DNA of 62,485 nucleotides, the filler included, from Vermamoeba vermiformis (Eukaryota): NCBI GenBank assembly GCA_045837725.1. It is 8 parts of 8 records of this genome, joined end to end, with 100 filler letters (N's around TTAATTAATTAA, not from the genome) between each part and the next. Parts side by side here need not be neighbours in the genome. Positions count along the whole stretch, not along the records: positions 28,319 to 37,159 come from JBEWZL010000254.1; positions 37,260 to 45,294 come from JBEWZL010000255.1; positions 45,395 to 49,300 come from JBEWZL010000256.1; 5 more parts are not named here. One strand, 5' to 3'. Numbering within the stretch: the stretch's first letter is position 1; every line of letters begins with the position of its first letter. The notes beneath the pieces are model-generated. The model ran no database searches. It had not been told where the DNA came from and was given only the letters and a program-made list of their open reading frames with translations. The position numbers and the translations under genes were made by a program. Below, in pieces: positions 34,484-48,800 of this stretch.

Positions 34484-34756
34484 CTCTTATGTTGCTCTGC
34501 TTATTGATGAAATTTAAAGAATAAATTTCTTACCAAGATTTTTGAGTGTCAGCTTGACACGCTGTCTTTACGTAATTTGACACGTTGCTTGACAGAAAGT
34601 GACAGATTAACTATTCTAGCCTTTACTGTACTCCTGAAGAGATGATCAGATGCGCTTTTTATGACTTTCAACCAACCTTACTTGAGCAGGATCAGAATTT
34701 CCTTTTGTCGTCGGAGAGAAAATGCGCGAAATTTATAAAACAAAAGTTATTCCGCT

Positions 34757-36666
34757 TTATTTAGAAACGCCTGCAATATCGTCAGCCCATTGTCGCGCTG
34801 TAAATGTTAATCCTTTCGCGGCAGGAGCTCTATCGATCCCGTTAGTTTAACAGCTTTTTTAATGCTATGATTTCTTTACCTTGACTTGACTATCAGTTCT
34901 TCAGCCTTAGCAGCGTCTTTGCCTAAGCTGCGCAAAACAGCGTAAACAATGACGGCTGATCGCGTGATTCCGTCGTCGCAGTGGAAAACAATCTTTTGAC
35001 CTTCGTTCAACATCTTCGCCAGTTCAGCAACACCTGCATACATAATCACACCATTAGTATAAGCCTTAGATTATAGGAACTTAAGTTTAAGAAGGACTTA
35101 CGAGTCTTGAAAAAGTCTTTGTCCATCGGTGAAGGGAGTGACTTTGCGGGCATTGGCAAATGGACCCACTCGAGCATTGAGAACTCGCATCCTTGTTTAA
35201 ATACTGTAGGTCCCAAGTCGTTAGTAACGTGCTATAAGTCACGTGGTTACACTTAAGTACGTACGGTTGGCACCTTCGGCATCTGTCATCATGGTGACCA
35301 GTACTTCACAGCCTTCCATCTTCAACTCGCCAATTTTCTTCTTGTTGGGGCGTGGTAATAGACAGAACTTGCCTTTGCCAACCTATTGCACGCTAGTGTT
35401 AATACTCCTATTCGTTAATGGTTGTAGGTTCGTGCTCGAGATCCGTACCTCGACCCAAGGTAAGTTTGAAACAGGTGCGTCATTGCCTCCAGCCTCAGCT
35501 TTTGGTGCTTCAGTGTAATCAAATATTACGCCATCTTTCATCATTTGCTGATCGGAAAAGGCGTTAGTTATGAAGTGTTAGTATGTCGCGCCTAGAAGTG
35601 CAAGTCACGAGGCAGATCTGACACTTACAACAGCAATTCTGGCAATATTTCTACAGTCATCAATACCAGAGTGGTGTCTACCTTCTAATTTCATGCCGAG
35701 AATGTTTAACATGCCAGCCATGCCTAAGCAGATCCGTCGAAAGTCAGTTACGTGCAAAAATTTGCATCAAATAACTGAAGTTTGTAGTTAACGTACCAGC
35801 AGCATTTCTGTTGTAAAAAGATGAAAATACTTTTTTAATATTAATCCAGCTCTTAAATTCTTTTGGAATTCGAATGCCAGAGAGTTTAGTTTGTGCGGGC
35901 AACATACGAAGCAGATCCCAATCTACAAAAACACAATTAGCACAAATAACACGTAAATATTATAATATTGTTGTATATGATAGATATTAAGCGTTTTTCT
36001 AGGTGAGAGATTTTCATAGAACAGATCTCTTACCTCCGCAAGTCAAGAAAGTCCATTTTTTATCGAAGAGCTTGTTTTCCTTCAGCCACGCTTGATATTT
36101 TTCGAAAGACTATAATGCAAATATTAATAAAACGAGCTATAAAAGCTAAAAAAGCTGGTTCAATCGCGGATGTAGGTCAATAGAGGTTTAGTTGAAGCCT
36201 TACCGGTAAAAATGGCTCGCCCTTGTCGACTTTGTCTTGTGTGATGCCCGTAAGCTCAGTGCAGAACTTGGTTAATTGTGGTTGAGCAACAGGCTTTACA
36301 TAAAGTTGGATTTCGCTTTCGACCTGTCGATAAAAAAAATTAAATCGTGAACGGATTTCGCTTAAAATATTTATGTAGATAATAATCAATGCATTGATGA
36401 ATTTTAACGTCTTTTTTAGTTAATCTAAGCCAATATAACTTTTTTATAATTTATTCGCGACTTGATCTTACTTGGTAGGTCTTTGTATTGATTAATACTG
36501 ACGGGAACTCGATAATTTCTTGAGGTCCGAAATTTTTCTTCTCATCACAAGTCGCCTCTGACAATTTAAATTCCGTTAGCAAGGTAGGTAGATGGCACTG
36601 CGGGTCTTTCTTACCAAAGTCCAAGACGACAATGTAATCGAATTTTTGAGCTACTGTTTTTTCCAT
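34757..36666 (-). CDS. ERI1/ERI3-family DEDDh 3'-5' exoribonuclease fused to a C-terminal PTP/DSP-fold domain
   Basis: VVLDFEATCD, EIIEFP, LTKFCTELTGITQ, TCGDWDL and GRHHSGIDDCRNIA; continues in frame through introns to KIVFHCDDGITRS (Cx5R). Confidence 0.85.
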
Positions 36667-36799
36667 TCGTGGTGTTAATCTAAAGATTTAGGTGTAAAAG
36701 AGGACTTGAGAAAAAATGCAAAATCACTTCCGTCACAAAAATGAGGAATTACTCGAGAATCAAAGGGAACACGGAAGTATGTCTAGTGTCGTGTACGTA

Positions 36800-37159
36800 C
36801 CTTGATCGCTTGGGCGATCTTGATCTCGAACTCGAACTCGAGCCATCACTAAGCAACACAGTTAGAATGATTCGTCTCAACGTCATATATTAATATGCTA
36901 GTTACATATGACATTCACGAGCCCAGTGACCCTTCTCGCCGCACTTGAAGCACGAAGTGCGAGAGTCATCTGCAACTAAGTTGTCGTTACTTAGGCTTAA
37001 GGTTCTTAAAGTGTACTAACCTCGTGATTCACCGCCTCTTCTACTGCCCTTAGCCCATTCAACAACGATGGGACGGCCGCTCAAACGGTAACCGTCCATC
37101 CCCTTGATGGCATCTTCAGCGTCTCTTCTGTCTTCGAACTCAATGAAGGCATAGTCTGT
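36800..37159 (-). CDS. SR splicing factor, SRSF7/9G8/RSZ-like (partial)
   Basis: RRM end ([21 protein letters not shown]...IVVEWAKG), CCHC knuckle [14 protein letters not shown] and RSRSPKRSR; 5' end lost at the contig edge. Confidence 0.85.
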
Positions 37160-37259
37160 NNNNNNNNNNNNNNNNNNNNNNNNNNNNNNNNNNNNNNNNN
37201 NNNTTAATTAATTAANNNNNNNNNNNNNNNNNNNNNNNNNNNNNNNNNNNNNNNNNNNN
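37160..37259. other. Artificial contig linker
   Basis: Same 100-bp spacer. Confidence 0.97.
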
Positions 37260-37864
37260 GGCTTATGGTTGCTTGTGCTTTACGGGGAGTTAAAATCAAA
37301 CTGTCAAGCCTTGAAAATGTCATTCAGCTCGTCAACAAGACAGAAACTAAGTTACGTTTTCGCGTAGGATACTGTACAAATCATGATAAAATTACCCTCA
37401 TCTACAGTCGCACCATCCATGAAGCAGTGCATTGCGATACTGAAGAGCTGCGCGGCAAAGACTTTTAGGATCCTCATCGTGTTGAAACTACATCAAAAAT
37501 AATCGTTCATTTATCAAGTGGTAGATGAAACACTGGATGTAAGGCTCGGAGATTGGTTGTACCTCGCTTGGGCTTTTTTGACACGCGTCTAGCAAAAATC
37601 GAATTGCGTAGAAAGTCATACAATAATTACTATTACTATACAATATTTACGCCATTTGTAGGGTCAGTCTTGAGTGAGAACTCCCAGGTAACGTTCAATC
37701 TGGATCAATTGAAAATCGAGTCCTCATTTTTAAATATAGGCGAATATATTTTAAAATATAGGCGAATATATTTTAAAAATTATTATGGGTTCTTTAATAT
37801 AAAAGTGCCTTGTCTACGATATTTAGAGCAACTTCGCATTTTGAATAATTAATTTTCGTTTAGA

Positions 37865-40189
37865 ATGTTAGAACCAGATTTGGACCCCACCGCGAAGGCA
37901 CTAACCGTGCGAATTAAGAGGTTCATGCATACTGCAGAATACGATAAAATCAAATCTAAGCAATGGAGCTTTATCTTGGGCAAGTTCCTCCTGGCAAATA
38001 CAAACCTTGTTGAACTGAGAGTCGAGAATGATAACCATACGACTCTCGAGGATCTGCAGAATATTTTTCAATCAATAGAATATAATAAGGTACTTAAGTC
38101 ATTAGATCTCGGATAGTAGACACAGCAGATCCAATACTATGGAACCGAGGGATTATGCTGCCAGTCTTGCAAGAAATACTTCATTAACTACGTTAATTTT
38201 AAAAAGTAAGCATTTTGACTTTTTTCTTTATTATTAACGTATTGCCATTTAGATATAGCTTTTGTAATGCGCATCCACTCAATCGCGGAGGCTCTTCGTT
38301 GTAATAAAACGTTAAGAAGGGTAGAGATCATCGGTAATATTTAAGTTAGTTGAGCCTAATGGCATTAGTAACAATTAGTTTTTAGACCGTGCAATGACAA
38401 GCCAGGATCTGAGGATTTTACACAACGGTCTATCTTCGAACTCATCACTCGTAGAGCTGTCCTTGTCCGGTATGGTTCAATTACAATATATAAATATCCC
38501 TTTGAATAATTAATTACCCATGAGCAGAGCATTGCTCCGAATGCTTCGATTACCACCGGTTGCAGGGAAAAATTGCGGATAACAAAGCGAACTATGAAAA
38601 ATCAAACCAGACGAACCAATCTCCCGATTTAAGTCTTGTAGACCAAGAGAACGAGGAACAAAAGCGACACTTGGACACGGACGCTGTCAAGGACTCCACT
38701 AGTCCCGAAATATCTACGTCAGCCAGAAACTCGGCTATACCTACGTTGCACACGTCAGCGTGCAATATTCCTCCAACAATAAGCGCACTGCCGTCACCAA
38801 GATCATCTCTCATGGACTTACTTGGTGCTAGTATTGGCAGCGTTAAAGAAGAATATGAAAAAAAATTGCAAAAAATGGAGAGAGAGCTGGCCTGGCTCAC
38901 AACAGAAAAAGAACGAGCCGATCGGTACAAAGAACGGTGTAACGATGAAGTCGAGCAGTTGAAAGAGCAAATTCGATCGTTATTAGTCGAAATAGAAACG
39001 CTGAAGCGTGATAAAGAACTCAACGAACAAAATAGCTTGCTAACCAAACAGCTTCAACGAGAGATAAAACTAATCAAGGAAGAGAACGCAAAGTTGAAGA
39101 AGATGATTGATGCAGGGAAAAAGAGTGAGCATTCGAGTGATAACAACGAACTCAACATCGACATCCCGTACGAGGAACTGACGATCGGAGAGAGCATTGG
39201 TGCAGGAGGCTACGGCGAGGTGTTCAGAGCTCAGTGGCACGGTCAGAACGTTGCTGTCAAGGGCATCAAAGTCACAGACATTGAAACCGGAAAGATCGAC
39301 AGCTTGATTCACGAGGCACGCACTGTGATGTAAGTGACATCAAATGACACGAGCGAATGACATTTTGATACTTTGTTTTGACATTTTGGGTCGACAGGCG
39401 ACTCCATCACAAGCACGTGGTGCTGTCAATGGGCACGACAATGAAACCGGACACCAGCAAGATCATGCTCGTGATGGAGTACATGAAACATGGGTCACTC
39501 GAAGACCTGCTATTCAAACATAACGTCAAGTTAGAACGCCATCAAGTGACAGTAATAGCGCTTGACATTGCCAAGGGCTTGAACTACTTGCATTGTCTCA
39601 CTCCGAAGATCATTCATCGCGATCTCAAGTGCGCCAACATACTCGTAAGTTATAGACTGACACGTGTCACAAATTTGATTTCTCTTCACGGTAGTTTTGT
39701 TCACTAATATATTACTCTGTCGCAGTTGTATCACAACAGATCGCGCGCAAAGATAAGTGATTTAGGCACCGCTCGGTTTTTGAACAAGAATTCTTTGGCC
39801 AAGACTTGTCAGGGAGGCACGATCGGTTACTTTGCACCAGAGATTCTCGAAGAAGAAGAGTACGACGAGAAAGCAGATGTTTATTCGTAAGTGAATATTG
39901 CGCATTAACACAATAAGTGCGCGCGTCGCTCATCTATCTTTTTAGATTCGGGGTCGTGTTGCTTGTTTTAGCCACGAGCAGCAACAACTTGCCCACGACC
40001 CGAACACCAGTCAAACTTCGCAGCAGAATCAACGAGCTACTCGATTCATCAGCGACAATGGCTGACGAGGAACAGTTCAGAGAGCTCGTGCACGATTGTT
40101 GTCAAGTATATCCAAACGAGCGACCGTCGATGAAGCAGTGCATTGACGTGCTAAAGAGTTTGCGTAAAAAACAAGCGAACTCACATTAG
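37865..40189 (+). CDS. LRR (RI-like) + coiled-coil + TKL kinase, copy 1 (apparent frame break near 38116)
   Basis: NTSLTTLIL/NKTLRRV LRR motifs; IGAGGYGEVF, HRDLKCANIL, DLG in place of DFG, GYFAPE; in-frame stops after KSLDLG. Confidence 0.7.
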
Positions 40190-40362
40190 TCTCGATCCAA
40201 ACCCGTAGCACGGACAATTCAGCGCCTAAATTTACTGAACTGACAAACGTCAAACGACATGGACCGTATTCGAATACCAAAAGTGCCATTTTCATTTGTT
40301 TCCGGCCACTGCAATTACACAAAGGTGTTGTATAGATAGCGGGTCTCGTCTAAATAGCACAG

Positions 40363-42893
40363 ATGGGTAAGATCATCCAAACTACCATTACGCATTAAAT
40401 AATTAAGCCAAGCTTTAAAACCGACCAATTAATTATCATTGTATTATAATAAAGTTAAACGATTTATGGCAATTAAAAAAATAAATATTTATTTTAATTT
40501 TCTCTACTTTCAGAAAAGAAGGATATAACGGATCATTTATCCGAGGACTCGCAAGTGCTCACGGTAACTATCAGCAAATATTATCGAAGAAAAGAATCTT
40601 GGAGCAATCAGCTGCAGGACCTGTCAAAATACCCTAAATTGAAAGATCTTCGGATTGTAAATGAAGGGACCACGACCATTGAAGATTTCGAGGGTGTATT
40701 TCGAGCCGTGAGCACAACAGTTCTTTGACGCAGGTGTACTTCAAGGATCAGCGGTTGGGACCCAAAAAATCCTTCTTGGATGGTTACTCTACTCGGGTCA
40801 GTGATTTTGCGACTAATACGACTGTGACATATCAGTCCTTAGAAAGCAAGTAATTATGTACACTTAAATATGGGGGGTCTAACTATTGTGACCAGATATA
40901 GCCCTGGGTCATTATGGGATCCGACCTATCGCTAATGCTCTCCGCCGCAATAAAACCTTACAAAGTTTAACGATAAAGGGTAATTATTATTACATATAAA
41001 GGGAATAAAGGCTAACTATTCATGCAGGCAAAGCGCTCACCGCACAAGATCTGCTTTTTCTGGACGAAGCATTAAAGGACAATACGTCGTTAGTACATCT
41101 AACTTTACCAAGTACGTTTTGGCGGTCATATAATATTTATGTTGTTGCAACGGACGCTGATTCGCTAATCACCTTTAGACTGCATGTCCGGGACACCATC
41201 TTACAAGAGCGCAATGAGCCGTGTTGAAGAGAACAAGAAGTGCCTTGCGTTGTTGTATGACAAAGAAGCCTCAAGTTCTATTGAAATAGCAGCCAGCAGC
41301 CAAAGTGCTGTAGCAGGACATCCAGAAGATAGCTTCATCGATGAGCAGATCGCTCGTCTAACCAACAAAAAGTACCTTAAGGAATTAGAGCGAGAGACTA
41401 ATCAATTGCAGCAGCAATCGATAGAACCAGTGTTTGAGCAAAATCTGAATGCAGAGCAGATCCAACAACTGACCACCGAGTGCGAGCACTTCAAACAAGA
41501 AAACAACGCGCTTAAAACTGAAATTTCGCAATTGAAACAAGAAATCAAAGAACTGAAGCAAGCCAAGCTCTTTCTTTCAAACACTAACGAGCAGCTTCAG
41601 AATGGAAATCGAAGCCTTGAGCGAGTGGCATCTGCGGCACGCTCTGAATTGACCTTGCTTGTGCAAGAATACGACAAACAAGGCCAAGAGATGAGGTCGT
41701 TACAAGAGGAGATGAGGACACTCAGAGAGCAACACTCCATATTTCAACAAAACGTGAATAAGCTCAACGACTTTGAGGAAGAAAATAAAGCGCTAAAGCG
41801 AGAGATAGAAGACTTGAAGAGAATCCAAGCACGTGGAGGCTCGAATTGCCGCGCTGTGCTAGCAGTAGATATTCCGCATCAGGAGATAACGCTCGGAGAG
41901 CTCGTCGGAGCTGGTGGATATGGTGAAGTCTACAAGGCACTGTGGCACGAGCAAAACATTGCTGTCAAGAAGATCAAGCTTGCGGACATTGTTCCTGGTC
42001 GCATGGAAAGCCTAATTAACGAGTCTTACATGGCAGTGTACGACGCGTCCCTCGCAAATCAATACTACTACCACTGTCTAACAATATCTTTGATAAGGCG
42101 GCTGCATCACAAGCACATTGTGTTGTCAATGGGCACGACAATGAAGCCAGACACCTGCGAGATTATGCTCGTGATGGAGTACATCAAGCACGGGTCACTT
42201 CAGGACCTACTTTTCAAACATAACGTCAAGTTAGAACGTCACCGAGTGATTCAACTGGCCCTTGATGTCGCCAAGGGCTTGAACTACTTGCATTGCCTCA
42301 CTCCGAAGATCATTCATCGCGATCTCAAGTGCGCCAACATACTCGTAAGTTATCGGTTGACACGTGTCACAAATTCGATTTCTCGTCATCGCTAGTATTG
42401 CTTACTAACGTACAACTCTGTCAGTATTGTTCACTAACGTATTACTCTGTCGCAGTTGTATCACAACAGGTCTCGAGCAAAGATCAGTGACTTTGGCACC
42501 GCTCGGTTTTTGAACAAAAGTTCCATGGCCAAGACGTTTCAAGGCACATGGGGCTATGTGGCCCCCGAATTGTTCGAAGATGACCACGAGCACGACGAAC
42601 GAGCTGATGTTTATTCGTAAGTAGAGCACATACAAATGACATGCAATTGTAACATTATCAGATTTGGTATGGTGCTGCTGACAATGGCAACGAGCAGCCA
42701 ACAATTACCCACTTCTCGAGTCGCCAACAAAGTTCACGCCAGAATTGACGAGATGCTGAATGGTTCTGGTAGTATGGCTGGCGACAAAGACTTTAGAGCA
42801 CTCGTGCACGATTGTTGTCAATTCAGTCCTGCTGCACGACCGTCGATGAGGCATTGCATCGCGATACTGAAGAGTTTGCGGGAAAAACTTTAA
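40363..42893 (+). CDS. LRR + coiled-coil + TKL kinase, copy 2 (1-nt deletion near 40710: pseudogene or sequencing error)
   Basis: ATGG|GTAAG micro first exon; VGAGGYGEVY, HRDLKCANIL, DFG, GYVAPE. gccgtgagcacaacagt versus gccgtggaggtcaatagt in copy 3 causes an early TGA. Confidence 0.75.
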
Positions 42894-43360
42894 TTAATCG
42901 TGTTGAAGCTGTGGCAGATATAAACGGTTTATTTATCAAGTGATGGATGAAGCACTGTACGTAAGTCATTGATTACATCTCTCGCTTCGCACTCGTCAGT
43001 TACTCGCCATTGTTGTGGCCTCGGTGTTCGACAAGAAACCGTTGAGTGGCCAGTGCGGCCATGTTCTTGGCACAACGACTGCCGCAGCTGTTGAGCACAG
43101 TGCAGGACTCGAGTGCTGCGCTGGCGACGCGTGAGTGCAGTGTTCATTTGTGAAGTGACTCGCAGCTATACGCAGGGGTCATCTGACCATTCTAACGGCT
43201 GTTTGTGCATGCACGCGTCATCAACTCACACGGAACAAGTCACAGAGTGCGTGGCAGATGGAGCGTTGGCAGCACGTGATTGGTCTGTTGCGCAATCCAG
43301 ATCGCAATCTCGCACAATTCAAGATCACCTTGAGCGAGATCTAGCCAACAAGGATCGTGC

Positions 43361-43515
43361 AGCTTGTTTTAGCCACGAGCACAACAATTTGCCCACGACT
43401 AGAACACCAACCAAGCTGCGCAGCAGAATCAACGAGCTACTCGATGCATCAGCGACAATGGCTGACGAGGAACAGTTCAGAGAGCTCGTGCACAATTGTT
43501 GTCAAGTAAATCCAA
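43361..43515 (+). pseudogene. Orphan duplicate of the last kinase exon of copy 1
   Basis: Near-identical to about 39961-40115 (LPTTRTPxKLRSRINELLD...FRELVHxCCQV). Confidence 0.85.
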
Positions 43516-43867
43516 TCCGTTTACGGCAGAGATTAGAATAAGACCTAGCAAATGTCACTATCGTTCCAAAACCAGCACGCGTTGGAGTAGTACTCGGGAG
43601 TTGCACATCCAACTTCGGAACGAACAAACTGATTCTATATTCTCTGGAATTCAACAAAATCTTTTTTTTTTTAACGCTGAAACATTTGAATCAGCAATAG
43701 GAATCAATGCCTAAATGTTCAATCTCTGAACTAGACAAACGTCAAACCTGACATGAAACGTATTCGCCGACAAAAGTGCCTTTTTCATTTGTTTTATGGC
43801 CACTGCAATTACTCAAAGGTAGAGAGTTAACGTAATAACGGGTCTCGTCTCTCAACGCAATTCACGG

Positions 43868-45294
43868 ATGGGTAAGATAGCATCCAAGCGCCATTACGCA
43901 ATTAAATTATTAAGCCAAGCTTTAAAACCGACACATTAATTATCATTAGTAATAATGTTGTAACGATTTATGGCAATTAATTAATATTAATTTTAATTTT
44001 CTAGAAAAGAAGGATATATCGTATCATTTATCCGAGGACTCGCAAGTGCTCACGGTGACTATCAGCAAATATTATCGAAGTGAAGAATCTTGGAGCAAAC
44101 AGCTGCAGGACCTGTCAAAGCTACCGAAATTAAAAGATCTTCGGATTGAGAATGAAGGCACCACGACCATTGAAGATTTCGAGGGTGTATTTCGAGCCGT
44201 GGAGGTCAATAGTTCTTTGACACAAGTCTCCTTCAAGGATCAGGGGTTGGGACCAAGAACCTTCATTAACAGTGACTGGTTTCGGGTCTTCAACGATTTT
44301 GAGACTAATACGACTGTGACATATCTGTCCTTAGAAAGTAAGTAATTGTGTATAATTAATTCTAATCTAACTCCATGGAAATCAGATCTAGCCAGTGATT
44401 GCATCGTACCAATCGCTTATGCTCTCCGCCGCAATAAAACCTTGCAAAGTCTAACTATAAAAGGTAATTATACAATATTATTCTAATAAAGGTTATAAAG
44501 GCTAACTATTAACGCAGACAAATTGCTCACCAAACAGGATCTGCGAATTCTGTACGAAGCTTTAATGGTTAATATGTCGTTAGTACGTCTAACCTTACCA
44601 AGTACGTTTTGGCGGTCATATGATATTTCTTCTATTCTATTGTTACAACGGATACTAATTGCAATCAACTTTAGATCATTTATCTGCGGAGCCGGATTAC
44701 AAAAGCGCGATGAGCCGTGTTGCAGAGAACAAAAAGTATCTTGCTTTGCCGTATCATAAAGAAGTCTCAAAGTCTATTGCCACAGAAAACCACAGCAACC
44801 CAATTTCTGTAGCGGGACATCCGGAAGAGTCAAGCTGGCTCGATCAGATCGCTCTTCAAAAGAGCAAAGAAATCGAGGAGATGGAGCGATGGAATAAAGA
44901 ACTACAAAAGCGATCAATCAAGCCAGTGCTTGATGCACAGAAGATCCAACAACTGACCACCGAGGGCGAGCAGTTCAAACAAGAAAACAACGCACTTAAA
45001 AGTGAAATTTCGCAATTGAAACAAGAGATCGAAGAACTGAAGCATGCCAAGCACTCGCTTTCAGACACGAACAAGCAGCTTCAGAATGGAATTCAAAACC
45101 TGGATCGAATTGCATCTGCAGCACGCTCTGAATTGACCTTGCTGGTGCAGGAATACGACAAACAGGGTCAAGAGATGAGGTCGCTACAAGAAGAGGTTCG
45201 GACACTCAGAGAGCAACACTCGAAATGTCAACAAAACGTGAAGTCGAACAACACCTTTGAGGAAGAAAATAAAGCACTAAAACGAGAGATAGAC
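43868..45294 (+). CDS. LRR + coiled-coil (kinase) gene, copy 3, truncated by contig end
   Basis: Exon-by-exon similarity to copy 2, including the upstream region. Confidence 0.8.
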
Positions 45295-45394
45295 NNNNNN
45301 NNNNNNNNNNNNNNNNNNNNNNNNNNNNNNNNNNNNNNTTAATTAATTAANNNNNNNNNNNNNNNNNNNNNNNNNNNNNNNNNNNNNNNNNNNN
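45295..45394. other. Artificial contig linker
   Basis: Same 100-bp spacer. Confidence 0.97.
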
Positions 45395-45859
45395 ACGGTT
45401 ATAATTAAATTGTTTTTGATGCATTTAATTATGTCCGATCCTTAATTGGTATTGGTATTACAGGTGAATGGCGATTGAAGTAAGTACAGTTAATGTCAAA
45501 GTCATCAACTGCTACTGGCACGTGCCACCAAAATTTGGGACTGTTCGCTGTGAACGAGACAGACACTAATTGTTGGTTATATTAGAACGCATTTGATCCT
45601 ATCGAGAAGAGGCTGCACTTGCAAACGACGCTTGGCTGAGAGGTAAAGATATATTTTTCTTCAGCTCGCTAATTATAATTATTTTATTACGGTTGATCCT
45701 TGGATTTAAAACTTGTTGTATTACATAGTGCGTATTACTATTAAATATTTAACGCGTTACTGACAGAAACTAATCAACTTCGATCTGGAGATTTGATCCA
45801 CAACTTGTATTTCTGGGTAATAATCGTATTAATTTTCATAAAACAGATATATAGGTACT

Positions 45860-48800
45860 ATGGCACCTGCCCTTTATGCTCTATTTGGGCTTGTATTTGC
45901 ATCTACCATCTACTGCGATGTTCCCTTCAACATAACGACTCTATCGGAACCAAAAATAGCGTTATCGTCAATAGAAGTCAACGGAAGTGTTTATTTCGCT
46001 GGTGGATATGCTTATCACGACTTGGTGGCATCAGATCGAGTTGACATTTTCAATTTAGTGAATCAAACGTGGAACGAATCACTCACTTTGCCAAAAGCAC
46101 GAGCACATGTAACACCACTCTATGTTGATCCTCACATCTATTTTGTTGGAGGAGAGTATTACGAGAAGGTCCCGTATTATTTTTCTCCGGATGTGAACGA
46201 TTTTGTCGCGTTGAACACAACACCACCAACAGTGTTTCGACCAATCAGAATGTCGATATACAATGGAATAGTGACAGTTATTGGCAGGCACGCAGTTGAT
46301 TTCATGAATGTCACTTCTGGCGAGTGGCACACTTTTGACACTTTGACACGTGCAACCAGAAGTGTTCACGGCGCCAGTTGAAGACCTAGTTTACGTGCTC
46401 GGAGGAATGAACATTACGAGCAAGGAGAATATGGCCATTGGATGGATATTCAACACGACATCCGGAGAAATTGTCCCAACGACTTTGCCTGACAATTTTG
46501 ACTCAGCTCTGCCCTACAATTTTCAACGACTGCATGGTGTTACGACTGTTTGGGCCGGCAATCAAGCTTATATCAATAGTTTCGGCAGCGAGTGGCAGTC
46601 TTATTCGTTTCCGAACAGCGACGTCACAACGATTCAATCAGTGAATACAACGACTTTCATCTTCAGTACGGTCGGATATTACACCTATGATCATGCTAAT
46701 CGGACTGCAATACGAACTGTCACGGCAAGTATAATTTGCGCATGGATGATAGCCGACGCTGTTATGTACCTCACTCCGAATGCAAGTGGTCCTACTGCCG
46801 TCCACACGTTTCGCGATGGAGCATGGAATGTTACAACGACACTTTCTTCTATTCGATATAATTGGCACATTACCTTGGAGCAATCGCTTGATCCTGTACT
46901 CGTCGACCACCTTGTTCTTTTACTACCCGAGCTCGCACGCATTTTCCCTAGCTTTTGTGGGCCAAAATATCTCGGCAGTCTTACCCGCAGCATCAACAGA
47001 TTTCTGCGCCTTCTCTCGCGGACAAAACATTTCTGTCATTTATTACAAACAGGCGATTTCGACGTTTATCCAAAATTATTTTCCTCTCAATGTCGGTATC
47101 CCTGATACGCAAGTTGGAGGAAGGTTGATTGGAGTTACCGGACGAATCTACACGGTCACTGCAAGTAGTTACTCGTACGTGCAATCGAAGACATTAGCCC
47201 CGGCATCAAGATCCTCAGCAGTAACGTGGACACAAGATCAAGATCAACTGTATCTTATGGTCAATCCGTCCAACGATGCACTATCGCAGTACCGACATGT
47301 CTACAACTCAATCGATGTGTACAACTATCGCAACAACACATGGGAAGACTCCATTCCAATCATCGAAGACATCAGTGAGCCGATATCGCAGTACCTTCCT
47401 GCAGCAGCAGTTGGCAACAACATCTTGATGTGGTCAGACAATCAACTTGCCATTCTCGATCTTGCCAACAACAACACATGGAACAGACCCATCTTGCTCA
47501 ATGGAACGAAAGTGACTATCAGTCGGGATGACATTTATCACGTATTCAATCCAGTGATAATGGTCAATGACACAGCGTACCTGATGATCCCAGGCGAACA
47601 ACGGTTGTACAAGTTTAGTCCGAGCTCACTTGCGGGATGGCAACCAACAGCTGACATCTCAACTGACACGATTGTCCGTATTCGACAGCTAGTCCTTTAT
47701 AACGACAGCACACTGTTTGTATCGACGACGCCAGCAGATAGTGATGTATTTGGAGTCATCTACTTCTACGACATCGCAACGGACCAGTGGCAAATCACAA
47801 TCCCACCGACGAAACAATCACAAGTTACTATTGCACTTGTCGGGTCGTTCTTGTTATCAATAGGAAATACAATATCACTGGATTACTTCTCAATTCAAAC
47901 AGGCACGTGGTACACTCAGGATATCGCCCTCGCAATACTTCCAGCAACTGTGATTAGTACGAGCCACCGCCTAACAATAATGGCTGGTGGTCAAGATGAG
48001 AACTATCCTCTCTTCGTAGACAGTGTCCTGCTATTTGATGATGACGAGATTTATATTCCGCCAACAGCTCCTGGAAACAACTCAAACCTTGCTCCAGGTA
48101 GTCCTTCTGAAGACAATTCAACTCTTGTTGTCGCTATTGTTGTGCCTATTGGAGCGGTTCTAATCGCAGGCGCCGTCGTCCTTGTAACATTTCTTAGAAG
48201 AAACAAGAAGAAAAAGAGATCTAATAAGAATGGAATGTCAACGATTGGCCTTGAGAAGATGTACGGTCAATGGTTCATTCCATTCAACGAGGTCAAGTTT
48301 GGTGCTCAGATCGGTCAAGGAGCAAGCGGACAAGTGTTCAGAGGCACTTGGAAAGGCACAACAGTCGCACTAAAATTGAGCATGACACAAGCGAACTCGT
48401 CAGTGATCAGCGAACTCTCACTGATGATGCAACTTCGACCTCATCCACATGTGGTGCAGTTGTTTGGATTCAGCGTGCATCCCGAGACAGATAGCATCAT
48501 ACTAGTGATCGAATACTAACGGTGGATCGCTTGACGACATGCTGTTCGAAAAAAATGAACCCTTCTCGAAAGAACAAAAGTTGTCGTGGTTACTGAGCAT
48601 TGCAAAAGGACTCGGTCATTTGCACTGCAACAACATCATTCATCGTGACGTTGCAGCAAGAAACGTTCTGTTGAATCAGAACGAACCAAAGATCACAGAC
48701 TTTGGCATGTCTCGATTGGTTGAAGAAGACAGTCAACGAGGAACAACAAAATCAGAAATTGGACCTATTCGATGGATGTCACCTGAATCGCTGAAGAACA

